Shown here: positions 12,113 through 21,167 of the stretch, one piece after another
Position numbering within the stretch: position 1 is the stretch's first letter
How the letters are laid out: each line of letters opens with the position of its first letter
Source of the DNA: Methanobacterium paludis
GTDB taxonomy: Archaea; Methanobacteriota; Methanobacteria; Methanobacteriales; Methanobacteriaceae
NCBI RefSeq assembly: GCF_000214725.1
Contig: NC_015574.1
Coordinates: forward strand, 219,478-243,477
Direction: 5' to 3'
Length of the DNA: 24,000 bases
The notes under the pieces: generated by a model
Told to the model about the DNA's origin: nothing
The model's database searches: none
The model's input: only the letters and a program-made list of their open reading frames with translations
Program-made: the position numbers and the translations under genes

Positions 12113-12236
12113 ATTAGAACCTTTCTTTACTATTGTCTGCTATTTTTCCCCTTTTATATCCTTTTTTGACTCATAAACTCTTTTCCTATTTTTACTTCAC
12201 TTTTTTTGAGCCGTAGTGAGTTTTAGTGCTGTAGAT

Positions 12237-12320
12237 ATGGATATTGCACTGATTTTGATAGGTCTCGTGTTGGAAATGCGGGAGACTGGCTATCTTTTCA
12301 GGATAGTTGAGGAATCATAA
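12237..12320 (+). CDS. candidate 27-codon small ORF (MDIALILIGLVLEMRETGYLFRIVEES)
   Basis: It is below the ORF-track cutoff. It sits in a visibly GC-richer island between two oligo-T tracts and has a hydrophobic N-terminal half. No convincing SD and no homology evidence. Confidence 0.2.
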   Translation: MDIALILIGLVLEMRETGYLFRIVEES

Positions 12321-12425
12321 AGATCAACTAAAATGCTATTTGACAGATTGAAGTATATTCATTCATGGAATTAAAGAACTATTACAGAAATATTTACTAC
12401 AAATAAAAATATTCACAGTTAAATT

Positions 12426-12433
12426 AAAAAAAA
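12426..12433 (-). terminator. oligo-T (T8) tract directly after the hemA stop codon
   Basis: A8 on the + strand is T8 on the coding strand, abutting the TGA at 12434-12436. Oligo-T tracts are the usual archaeal termination signal. Confidence 0.4.
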
Positions 12434-13627
12434 TCAGTTGCGGTTAAAAATAGCTTCTGCAGCGTTTATAACTTCTTGTTCATCATTTTCAGCTGCATGT
12501 TTTAAATTCTTAATTATATCATAAAAAATGTGTTCAACCATGACCTTTGTAAGGTCTTCAACAACTTTTTCATTCCCCTTCATATCTCCAAGCTTTCTAA
12601 ATGCTTTTTGGGTATCTTTGACCCTTATATTCTCTGCACTGGTTCTAATATTTGATATGATTGGTTCAACTTCAAGCTGTTTCAGGGATCTTTTCAAAAG
12701 CTCAAATTCTGTTTCAATTATCTTCTCAGCGTCACAGGCTGCAGCTTCACGCATATTCTTGTTTTTATCTGATATGGTGCGCAGGTTATCCATATTGAAT
12801 AGTCTAACACCAAGCTCTGCAACTCGTTCATCTATATCACGTGGGTTTGCAATGTCAACCATCACGATCTTATTAAGATTCTCCTGTGGTATGGCTTCTT
12901 TTACTTTTTCGTAGGTTAATATGGGGTGAGGTGCTCCTGTAGCACTTATAACAACATCTGCATCTTTTATTGCTTCATCAAGCTTGTCAAAGCGTATGGC
13001 GAAACCTCCAAGTTCTTTTGCAAGGTTCACTGCCCTGTCATGGGTTCTGTTTGCAACGACTATTGCCTTAAGATTTTTCTCGACCAGAGCCTTTGCAACG
13101 AGTGTTCCCATTTTACCCGCACCTATAACAAGCACTTTTTTACATTTAAGGTTTCCATGCACTGATTCTGCAAGTTTAACTGCTGCAGAACCGATTGATA
13201 CTGACCCTTCGTTTATTTTGGTCTTCTTCCGTACGGCCTGACCAACGTGGACAGCTTTGGTGAATACGGTTCTTAAAACATTACCGCAACCACCTTCTTT
13301 AATGCTCTTTTTTTGAGCTTCTTTTATCTGGCCAAGTATCTGATCTTCACCGATTATCATGGACTCTAATCCAGATGCAAGTCTTAAAAGATGTTTCACT
13401 GCATCTTCATCCGTTTCAATCATGAAGTCCTCGCAATCTATGTCTGGGGTTTTGCATTCATCTAAAACTAGGTAAAATTCAGTCCGGTTGCAGGTTTTTA
13501 TCTGGAGATGCTCTTTAACAGAGTAATGTTTCTGCAGATCCTTGAAGATACCTTCAAGTTTCTGTGCTGATCTTTCCATTGTACTGATGCTTGCTGTTTT
13601 ATAATCGACTCTGATATTGAGGATCAC
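12434..13627 (-). CDS. hemA: glutamyl-tRNA reductase
   Basis: Catalytic-Cys motif KTCNRTEFY and NADPH Rossmann motif [13 protein letters not shown] start (13627-13625) with GGAGGG 6 nt upstream (13634-13639). Confidence 0.92.
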   Translation of the reverse strand: MILNIRVDYKTASISTMERSAQKLEGIFKDLQKHYSVKEHLQIKTCNRTEFYLVLDECKTPDIDCEDFMIETDEDAVKHLLRLASGLESMIIGEDQILGQIKEAQKKSIKEGGCGNVLRTVFTKAVHVGQAVRKKTKINEGSVSIGSAAVKLAESVHGNLKCKKVLVIGAGKMGTLVAKALVEKNLKAIVVANRTHDRAVNLAKELGGFAIRFDKLDEAIKDADVVISATGAPHPILTYEKVKEAIPQENLNKIVMVDIANPRDIDERVAELGVRLFNMDNLRTISDKNKNMREAAACDAEKIIETEFELLKRSLKQLEVEPIISNIRTSAENIRVKDTQKAFRKLGDMKGNEKVVEDLTKVMVEHIFYDIIKNLKHAAENDEQEVINAAEAIFNRN

Positions 13628-13759
13628 GTATTTCCCTCCAGATTTTTGGAAAGTTGATCGAAATAAATTGATTAATTTTAGATCACTTTAAATCAATATT
13701 GTATTAACTTATTTAATTAAATCTTTCTTTAAAATTTCTTTTAAACCTATTTATTACTT

Positions 13760-14389
13760 TTAAACCTCTTTATTTAGATTTAGTAATAACTCCTCAACAT
13801 ATACCTTTGCCTGGTTGAGGTTACCATCCTTTAGAAGTTTTTCAACTGTTTTATCATTTAAAATTTTATATAAATATGATCTGCGATCTTTTTGGTCCTT
13901 CACTTTATCCTTGAGAAGTTTTCTGGTGAAATCTTGAAGTTCCAACTGTAAAATATCCTCATTTTTTATTACTTTTTGTATCTTTTTTCTTAACTGTTTT
14001 GCCATGAGGGGGCTTTTGCCGCCTGTGAATACGCATATTTGCACATCTTCTATGAAAAAAGATGTGGGCACGATCAAGTTACCCTTTTGTGGGTAATCAG
14101 CCCGGTTAACTAACTTATAATCAGCCAGATGTGCGATTTCTTCGTTTAAATTATGGTCTCCTGTTGCAATAACCACAAGGTCTGACCATTCAACCCATTT
14201 AGATGCATTGTCAATTGATTTTAATGATGCTCCCAGATCGATGATTTCCTCTGAAGCAGTATTCCCCAGGATCACAACATGGGCCCCTGCTTTCAGGAAT
14301 CTTTTGGCTCGTCTTTCCCCTACTTCCCCTGCGCCTACTACTAAAACCTTTTTGTCACGCATTTCAAGGAAGAGGGGAGTCCAACCCAT
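13760..14389 (-). CDS. sirC: precorrin-2 dehydrogenase (siroheme synthase N-terminal domain type)
   Basis: N-terminal Rossmann motif [29 protein letters not shown], ~209 aa, typical of SirC/Met8/CysG-N. The start lies 1 nt after the upstream stop. Confidence 0.8.
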   Translation of the reverse strand: MGWTPLFLEMRDKKVLVVGAGEVGERRAKRFLKAGAHVVILGNTASEEIIDLGASLKSIDNASKWVEWSDLVVIATGDHNLNEEIAHLADYKLVNRADYPQKGNLIVPTSFFIEDVQICVFTGGKSPLMAKQLRKKIQKVIKNEDILQLELQDFTRKLLKDKVKDQKDRRSYLYKILNDKTVEKLLKDGNLNQAKVYVEELLLNLNKEV

Positions 14390-14390
14390 T

Positions 14391-14867
14391 TTATGGCTCC
14401 AAATTTTTCATTCTAAGTAATTTAACCGCAGTTTTCACATCGTTACCACAGTCACTAAGAACTTTGGAAGCCTCTTCTTCCGGAACGTTAAATGTTTCAG
14501 AGAGCGCCTTAACACTTTCTTCTGTTGTTGATTCATGTTTTCCAACAAGTTCCTCTGAAAGCTCTTTTTTAAGCTGCATGTATTCGTCACTGCTCATATT
14601 TATTCTGCGCAGCACCATATCCCGTAAAGGACATGGTTTTGATGGCTTGCAGCACCATACCAGCGATCCGAAACATGTTCCTTCACCCTGGCCTAGTCTG
14701 GTTTTTTCTCCAAATTTTTCTTTTATCTCTATGTAATCTTGAGGTGTGAGATTGGCATCCTCTAATGCATAGATAATTGGACAGGGCTTTACGGGCGGAC
14801 AGCAGAACGCTAAGGCTCTTTTATCCCCTCCCCTGCATACGTGTGATGGTGAATCGTCCCATACCAT
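14391..14867 (-). CDS. Cys-rich methanogen protein, probably methanogenesis marker protein 9 family
   Basis: 158 aa with two copies of CC-x4-KPCP 50 residues apart and a UBA-like C-terminus. The family name is from memory and needs an HMM check. The GGAGG SD is embedded in the last codons of atwA. Confidence 0.5.
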   Translation of the reverse strand: MVWDDSPSHVCRGGDKRALAFCCPPVKPCPIIYALEDANLTPQDYIEIKEKFGEKTRLGQGEGTCFGSLVWCCKPSKPCPLRDMVLRRINMSSDEYMQLKKELSEELVGKHESTTEESVKALSETFNVPEEEASKVLSDCGNDVKTAVKLLRMKNLEP

Positions 14868-14868
14868 T

Positions 14869-16473
14869 TTATTCCTCCTTAAGCATTTTCTTTTTTTCTG
14901 TGGGTGTTAGGTCTTGGATTATTGTTTTTGGGTTTCCTTGTTTTAGGATTTTTCCTCCGCGCATTAGGGCAGCTTTGTCGCATACGTCGAGTACGAAGTC
15001 CATGTCGTGTGATATGATTAGGAATGTTTGGTTTAGTTCGTCTCGTGCTTTTATTATTGAGTCTGTGACTTGTACTCTTGTTATGGGGTCCATGGTTCCT
15101 GTGGGTTCGTCTAGGATTATTATTTTGGGTTCTTTGATGAGGACTTGTGCTAGTGCTACTCTGTGTCTTTCTCCGCTGCTGAGTTCGTCTGGGTATTTGT
15201 TTAGTATGGTTGTGGCGTATGTTTCGTCGAATCCTACGGCTTTGAGGACGTATATGGCTTTCATTTTTGCGAATTCTGCGGGTAGTTCGAGGCTTATGGC
15301 TTCTGTGAGGTTTCCGAGCACGTTTCTGTGCGGGTAGAGGCTGTATTCTTGGTGGAGTATTCCTAGGTAGGGTTTGACTCTTCCTCTTCCGTATGGGCCT
15401 TTTTGTGTCATGTCTATCCAGGTTTCTCCTAGTTTGACTTGGATGTTGCCTGTGCTGGGTTCTGTTAGGCCGTAGAGTATTCGTGATAGTGTTGTTTTTC
15501 CTGCGCCGCTGAGGCCTACGACTCCGAATATTTCGCTTTCATCTACTGTTAGGTTTATTCCGTCAACTGCTTTGACTACTCCTCTTTCTATGGAGTAGTA
15601 ATGTTTTTTCACGTTTTCCATTTTTATTATGGGTCCGCCTGTTTTGAAGACTTCTCCTTTTTCTGGTAGGGGTACTTGTTGTAGGAATTTTTTCACGATT
15701 TTGGTGGGGTTGCCTTGTTCGATTATTTCTCCTTTTTCGAGCCATATTACTTGGTCTGATAGTTTTTTCATGACTTCTGGCCAGTGGGAGGATATGATCA
15801 TTGTTTTGCCTTTGTTTTTCACTCCGTCGAGCAGTGCTTCATGTATTAGTTCTGCTGTTTTGGGGTCGAGTGTTCCTGTGGGTTCGTCTGCTAGGAATAT
15901 CATGGGTTTCTTTGGCCATTTGTCTGGCGAGCACGACTCTTGTTTTTCCCCTCCGCTGAGGTCTCTTGCTATGTGGGTTATTCTGTGGGTCATTTGAGCC
16001 ATTTCCAGAAGGTCTATGGCTATTGAGATGCTTTCTTCCTCATCATGGTCGTGAATTGCTTTTAGAACGTTGTCTATGACTGTATCGTCCTCGTAGAGGG
16101 CGAAGGTTCTTTGGAGCATTATTGAGATTCTTCTTTTGATGGCTGCAAACAGTATTCGGTCGCAGTTCCAGAAATCAACACTCATTGCCTGGAATTCACA
16201 TCCGCAGCTGCATTTTTGCCCGGCTTGTGATGGTGTTTCAACTCGGATACAATCAGGACAAAAGGCTATGTTGTAGATTATTTGACCTTGGTCTGGCTTG
16301 TAATCCTTCATTCCTCTGAGCATTTGTATAAGAACTGATTTACCCGCACCACTTCTTCCAAGAATACCTAAAACAGTACCCTCATCTATGGTCATACTAA
16401 CATTCTTTAAAACATCCACACCTTTAAAAGTCTTAGTAACGTTCCTAACCTCTATAAAAGACAATGCAACCAC
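14869..16473 (-). CDS. atwA: methyl-coenzyme M reductase system component A2 (tandem ABC ATPase)
   Basis: Two ABC cassettes: GRSGAGKS / LSGGEKQ / [12 protein letters not shown] / SSHW, and GLSGAGKTT / [13 protein letters not shown] / [12 protein letters not shown] / ISHD. A Cys4 insert (CPDC...CSCGC) sits in cassette 1. The track start is GTG at 16473. TTG at 16464 is a good alternative, with GGTGG 5 nt upstream, giving MSFIEV... See the findings for the out-of-frame patch and the codon mosaic. Confidence 0.85.
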   Translation of the reverse strand: MVALSFIEVRNVTKTFKGVDVLKNVSMTIDEGTVLGILGRSGAGKSVLIQMLRGMKDYKPDQGQIIYNIAFCPDCIRVETPSQAGQKCSCGCEFQAMSVDFWNCDRILFAAIKRRISIMLQRTFALYEDDTVIDNVLKAIHDHDEEESISIAIDLLEMAQMTHRITHIARDLSGGEKQESCSPDKWPKKPMIFLADEPTGTLDPKTAELIHEALLDGVKNKGKTMIISSHWPEVMKKLSDQVIWLEKGEIIEQGNPTKIVKKFLQQVPLPEKGEVFKTGGPIIKMENVKKHYYSIERGVVKAVDGINLTVDESEIFGVVGLSGAGKTTLSRILYGLTEPSTGNIQVKLGETWIDMTQKGPYGRGRVKPYLGILHQEYSLYPHRNVLGNLTEAISLELPAEFAKMKAIYVLKAVGFDETYATTILNKYPDELSSGERHRVALAQVLIKEPKIIILDEPTGTMDPITRVQVTDSIIKARDELNQTFLIISHDMDFVLDVCDKAALMRGGKILKQGNPKTIIQDLTPTEKKKMLKEE

Positions 16474-16616
16474 CTTTTTTTTTGAGTTTGCAAAACATTA
16501 ATTAATTTGTTATTCAATTAAATTGAATTAATTATTAATATTTTTATTTTAACACATTTTTTATAATTAAATGATCGTTGATTTAAATGATATTGAGATC
16601 TTATGAAATTTGAGAA

Positions 16617-17333
16617 TTATACACGGGCAAGATCAAATGGAAGTTCCCCTCCTATGGCAGCCCGTGCAATTGATATTCCATCTGCACCAGCATCAACCAT
16701 TTTTCTGGCGGATTTCAAATCTCTTATTGAATTGTTCCCTATTAAAAATATATCTGTATTTTTTTTAATTGATCTTATTAAGTTGTAATCTGCACAAGTA
16801 TATCCTGGTTTCATGGCGTCAATATGTAGATAGTTTGCACCTGCATTGTTAACAGCCTCTGCAACTGCAAAATCGTCCACTCCCGGAACGTTAGCCCGTA
16901 CTTTTACAGAAACTTTACTCCCTGAGTTTTTTACAACTTCTTCTATGAAATCGCCCAATTTAGTAAGGTTTTGGAGAAGTGCTTGGCCGCATCCGGCATC
17001 TACAAGTTCTGATTGCCTACAATGGGTGTTTATTTCAACCACATCTACACCATCGAGTTTTGAAACGGTTATTATAGGTTCTGGAGAGGTTGCCCTGAGG
17101 TTAACTGAAACTTTTCCTTTCCACGGGTTTTGAGATCTGACTATGTTAACCTGACTTTTTATGTTGGACAAAACATTTTCTTCTGCAACCTCAAATTCAG
17201 GTCTTCCACGTGCAATTATTTTACAACCCGCTTCTATGGATGGTTTATCTATGTTGTACCCTCCAAGGGTAACCATATCAAATCCGAATGATGACATTTT
17301 CCTACAGAAGTTTCCGTTGGTTATGCCCGCCAT
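16617..17333 (-). CDS. Dus/NifR3-related FMN-type TIM-barrel protein, function unknown
   Basis: Colinear with dihydrouridine-synthase blocks by eye: MAGITNGNF ~ MAGVTDxxF, VEINTHCRQ...GCGQALLQN ~ IDINxGCP...GxGSALL, VSVKVR ~ VTVKIR, LIGNNSI...GADGISIARAAIG ~ VIANGDI...GxDGVMIGRGAL. The true start may lie upstream of 17333 (see finding). Confidence 0.6.
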   Translation of the reverse strand: MAGITNGNFCRKMSSFGFDMVTLGGYNIDKPSIEAGCKIIARGRPEFEVAEENVLSNIKSQVNIVRSQNPWKGKVSVNLRATSPEPIITVSKLDGVDVVEINTHCRQSELVDAGCGQALLQNLTKLGDFIEEVVKNSGSKVSVKVRANVPGVDDFAVAEAVNNAGANYLHIDAMKPGYTCADYNLIRSIKKNTDIFLIGNNSIRDLKSARKMVDAGADGISIARAAIGGELPFDLARV

Positions 17334-17598
17334 AGGCGCTAAAACTTCAATAAAACCACCTAATGAAAATAATAATTGGATTTATTAATCATTTATGAGA
17401 TTCCTAATTTTTTAGAAATTTTAATTTATCTTTAATCCATTAATTAATTTAAGAAATTCAAGTTTGATGTCAATTTTTAATAATTGAGTTTATTAATTTT
17501 ACATTTTTTTTAAACAACTAAAAATTATGGAAACTAGGAATCAGTTATAGATAATTATTAGATTTTCCTTTACTATTACTATCAAATTCTATTCACTT

Positions 17599-18360
17599 TC
17601 AATCTTTATTCTTCATCACGTGAACCAGATTGTAGGTGAATCCACCTCTTATCTCTTCGAGGGCAAGATCAGCAAGGTTTGCTGCTTTTTCAGCAGTTGG
17701 GGCCTTTCCAACACCTGCTTTGAGTGATATGTTTATTTCATCCTTAATTTCCTCAATTATTTTGAGGATTCCCTCAGGGTCCAAGCCATTACATGGTGAC
17801 ATGAAGTTGTCTCCGCCTATGAAGAATAAAAGAGATCCTTTTTTGATTAATTTTTTCATTAGAAAGTGTTGAACTCGGTTCACAATAAAATTAGTATCGT
17901 ATGCAGGAATTATATCTGTGAGAGTGTCCGTGATGCCGTTTATGTCTATATGGGCTATCTGTACGAAGCTGTCTTCCTTTTTTGTCATGCTGTCTATTGC
18001 AAGTATTTCTTTCCTTTCCTCTGATTGTGCTCCTCCATAGTTTTGAAGGGCATTTGTGGCAATTTTCTGTGCTTCGTATGGTGTTTCTGCAGCACCAACT
18101 CCCATACTTACTGTTATGGGGTATCTGTTTCCTATGGACTTTTGAATTCTGCGATGGTCATCCAGATCGACGCCGTTTGTGACTGCGAGCATATTGTCGA
18201 AGCGAGTGAAGAACACAAGGCCTCCTTTAGCTGCGAATTGTCTCTGAAGATCTGCGTAGAGCTCCGACTGTAAAATCTGAAGATCTGCTTCGGCCCTTGG
18301 TGTGGGGGTCACGGTCCATGGACCATAATTATCGATCTGAATTAATGTCATTTGAATCAT
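17599..18360 (-). CDS. arfA: GTP cyclohydrolase III (FAPy-forming, riboflavin/F420 pathway)
   Basis: The N-terminus [22 protein letters not shown]...LYADL...FTRFDN closely matches the Methanocaldococcus jannaschii ArfA sequence as I remember it. The start overlaps the cofD stop (ATGA at 18357-18360). Confidence 0.85.
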   Translation of the reverse strand: MIQMTLIQIDNYGPWTVTPTPRAEADLQILQSELYADLQRQFAAKGGLVFFTRFDNMLAVTNGVDLDDHRRIQKSIGNRYPITVSMGVGAAETPYEAQKIATNALQNYGGAQSEERKEILAIDSMTKKEDSFVQIAHIDINGITDTLTDIIPAYDTNFIVNRVQHFLMKKLIKKGSLLFFIGGDNFMSPCNGLDPEGILKIIEEIKDEINISLKAGVGKAPTAEKAANLADLALEEIRGGFTYNLVHVMKNKD

Positions 18361-19262
18361 AAAATTTCACCCAAAATACTTCTGGCTAACATCATTTTAT
18401 CTCCGATGTTTTTCATGTTGGTGTTTGTTACAACAACATCCGATATTAGTTTTTCTATTTCTTTTTTGTAAACACGATCCTCAGTATCTACTATAAATTT
18501 GTCTAAGAATTCTTGATACATGGCCGCAACACCTCTACAAGATACCTCATGCCCTAAAGCTCTCATGAACTTTGCAGCTGGGCCGCTAACAGGAGTTCCA
18601 CCAATTATGGGCGAAACTGCAGTAACATAAGATTTTTTAAGGGCATCTGAAACGCCTTCCATGGATATTATGGGTCCTATTGATGTCACAGGGTTTGAAG
18701 GTCCAATGACCACCAAATCTGCTTCTTCAATGGATTCAATAACTCCATGTGCAGGTTTAACGCTGTTGTACTCAAGATCAAGAACCTCAGGTTCTCCACG
18801 TCTCTCAATGAGAAACTTGTGGAACTCCATATCCCCCTCATCTGTTTTTATCTTTAAGTGAGATTCTTCATCGCTCATGGGTATTACGTGGGATTCAACA
18901 CCCAGGGACTTCCTCTGGATGTTAACAACCTTCGAAAGAGGATACTGTTCCATGAGCATGGTTTTTTGTATCTTTGTGGCCCTGTCCCTATCTCCAATTT
19001 TAAGGGTTTCAGGGCAGTTAATCTCCTTTAAAGTTTCATGTGTTATAAAGGTATCATTGTCAATACCGTACCATGTTTTTTCGTTGATGATCTCTGCAAG
19101 GGTGTACATAACGGTGTCAACATCTGCTGCAACGTAAACACCAGAGAAATAGGAGTTTTCAAGGGTGTTAACAACGATGTTAATATCTTTAGGGTCAATT
19201 AACTTGACAATCCCTTGAATAAGTTTTGGTGTCCCTGTTCCGCCTGAAAGTATGGTTATCAT
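18357..19262 (-). CDS. cofD: 2-phospho-L-lactate transferase (F420 biosynthesis)
   Basis: N-terminal [14 protein letters not shown], 301 aa, adjacent to cofE and arfA. Confidence 0.9.
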   Translation of the reverse strand: MITILSGGTGTPKLIQGIVKLIDPKDINIVVNTLENSYFSGVYVAADVDTVMYTLAEIINEKTWYGIDNDTFITHETLKEINCPETLKIGDRDRATKIQKTMLMEQYPLSKVVNIQRKSLGVESHVIPMSDEESHLKIKTDEGDMEFHKFLIERRGEPEVLDLEYNSVKPAHGVIESIEEADLVVIGPSNPVTSIGPIISMEGVSDALKKSYVTAVSPIIGGTPVSGPAAKFMRALGHEVSCRGVAAMYQEFLDKFIVDTEDRVYKKEIEKLISDVVVTNTNMKNIGDKMMLARSILGEIL

Positions 19263-19450
19263 ATTTGTTCTTGCCTGTGTTTGGTTAAATTCTATTTAAT
19301 ATTTAAAATATGTGGTTTTACGTGGGTATTCTAATTTTACGTTTTTATTATAACCTAAATTTATCTAATGTTTTCCTGTTTAAGAAATTTTTGAATATCA
19401 AACATTTCTTTTCAAACACTTCTATTTTTACAATTTTCATACATTTCTCA

Positions 19451-19468
19451 AACACAGTATCCTGTGTT
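19451..19468. repeat. 7-bp inverted repeat AACACAG-tatc-CTGTGTT in the cofE-cofD spacer
   Basis: Read directly from the sequence. It is embedded among three TCAAACAC copies (19412, 19448, 19472). Confidence 0.5.
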
Positions 19469-19503
19469 GTTTCAAACACAATAAAGTTTAGAAGTACACG
19501 ATC

Positions 19504-20265
19504 TCATCTAAAAACATCGTATTTTTTAGGTCTTAACAATGATTTAGCAGTTGAAGAATCAGTTTTTAATTTTTTAAAGTATTCTATGCCTCTAATTATA
19601 ACTACAGGTATTCCTTCATTGGCCTGTCCCATTATAATGGATGCTGCTGAAGCTAATTCATCTGCTACGGCTATACTGGTGGTTTCAAGCTCCCTTCCAT
19701 AAAGATCATTTTCTCCACGTCTGTCCCACAGTGCTTCCATACCGGATATTCCAATAGCAGTTCCTACTGCACCTTCTCTAAAAGCCCTTCCCTGTGTATC
19801 TGATATTATAATTGCAATCTCTGATCCTGCAGCATTTTCTAGTTTTATCCTTATATCTGAGGCACTTTTGTCCGGATCAACTGGCATTGGTGTTGCAAGT
19901 CCACCGTCCACATTAGACTCATCTATGCCCGCATTAGCACATACAAAACCGTGTTTTGTTTCAGATATTATAAAATCCGGCCCAACTTTTATTATTTCAT
20001 TTGATTCCTGGATTATGGCTTCAACAATCTCAGGTTTTTTTCCAGTTTTCTTGGAAAGTTCAAATGCCAGTTTACTTGGTGTTATACTGTTAAGATCGAT
20101 TATAGTTCCCTCTGATTTTGATACTGCAGTCTCTGCTATAACGAAGATATCTCCGTCAAGGATTTCTATACCCTCTAAATCCATGGAATCTAATATGATC
20201 CTTGCAATATCGTCATTTTCTTTTATTAATGGTATTTTTCTGAGCCCAATGAGTTTTACGTCCAT
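19504..20265 (-). CDS. cofE: coenzyme F420-0:L-glutamate ligase
   Basis: [10 protein letters not shown] motif, 253 aa. GGTG SD 5 nt upstream. Confidence 0.88.
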   Translation of the reverse strand: MDVKLIGLRKIPLIKENDDIARIILDSMDLEGIEILDGDIFVIAETAVSKSEGTIIDLNSITPSKLAFELSKKTGKKPEIVEAIIQESNEIIKVGPDFIISETKHGFVCANAGIDESNVDGGLATPMPVDPDKSASDIRIKLENAAGSEIAIIISDTQGRAFREGAVGTAIGISGMEALWDRRGENDLYGRELETTSIAVADELASAASIIMGQANEGIPVVIIRGIEYFKKLKTDSSTAKSLLRPKKYDVFR

Positions 20266-20475
20266 ATTAACACCAATTTAGTTGATTCCTTTTGTTTTTC
20301 TCTTATTTATTTCATTTAAATAAAGTATTAGGGTTTAAAAACATTTTTTTTAATTCATTTAAATATCTCTTTATTAGATTGAAGACCAATTAAATTTATT
20401 TTCGCATCTCAAGTGAATTTGGGATAAAAATTGGATAAAAAAAAGTTTAGATTGAATTTAATCTAGATTTTTAAT

Positions 20476-21087
20476 TTAAATTGAACTTATGTCCCATTTT
20501 TTTCCATTTGGACTACCAAAAGCGGCTGCTGATGTCACAGGATTGGTGAACTCTACAAATTTACCACCATCTATTATGAATTGTGCTGCACTGGCAGCAG
20601 TATCTGCCGTAAATTTCACATAAGCTGGTTTTGTTTGTTCGTAAGTTGATATGTAGGCTGCTTTTCCTTCTTCCACTTTTTCAACGATTAAACCTTTGTG
20701 AGTCACAATTCCAATGTATGTGCCTTCGCGGGGTGATACTACGCCAGCTATACGGGGGGTGTTGTAATCGTCCTTTTCGTAGTCCATTGAAAGTAAGGAT
20801 AATGCTATTGAATCTCGTACGTTCATGCCTAAATCTATTTTATCTGCTATAACATCGGTGTGAGCACCGTTTGATACCACGGCAACGTCGTCAACTATTC
20901 TTATGCAGTTGTACGTTATGTAGGGGTTTTCAAACACATCTTTCTCATTTCCTTCTGTGGGCACAATTGAAACCCTGTTTTCGAAGGATCTTGCTATCCT
21001 ATTTGGAAAAGAACGGCTTGAAACCCTGTACGAAACAAATTTCCCTTTTTCAGTATTTCCGACGGCTAATATTCTCCCTAGATACAT
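20476..21087 (-). CDS. purO: archaeal IMP cyclohydrolase
   Basis: [11 protein letters not shown]-terminus and ~200 aa length typical of PurO. GGTGAT SD upstream. Confidence 0.85.
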   Translation of the reverse strand: MYLGRILAVGNTEKGKFVSYRVSSRSFPNRIARSFENRVSIVPTEGNEKDVFENPYITYNCIRIVDDVAVVSNGAHTDVIADKIDLGMNVRDSIALSLLSMDYEKDDYNTPRIAGVVSPREGTYIGIVTHKGLIVEKVEEGKAAYISTYEQTKPAYVKFTADTAASAAQFIIDGGKFVEFTNPVTSAAAFGSPNGKKWDISSI

Positions 21088-21167
21088 ATAATCACCTTTT
21101 TCATTTAATGATCTAATATTTACTTGGGGTTTGGTTTTATGTGATCTAAACGATCCATTTTGATTTA

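Noticed and set aside
12528-13241. + strand ORFs of 128, 79 and 85 aa antisense to hemA
   Set aside because: They lie entirely within the well-supported hemA frame. Their products are Ser/Phe-rich with no motifs, as is typical of antisense shadows.
14777-15997. Long + strand ORFs antisense to atwA (14777-15337, 186 aa; 15629-15997, 122 aa) and an alternate-frame - strand ORF (15563-15745, 60 aa, Arg/Lys/Thr-rich)
   Set aside because: Their products are low-complexity (Ser/Phe/Val-rich or basic) with no recognisable motifs. They follow from the A-poor + strand composition of this segment, which removes stop codons. The atwA frame has complete ABC motifs.
19310-19702. 130-aa + strand ORF spanning the cofD-cofE spacer and running antisense into cofE
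   Set aside because: The first half is AT-rich intergenic sequence giving Phe/Asn/Ile-rich low complexity, and the second half is antisense to a clearly homologous cofE. There is no SD.
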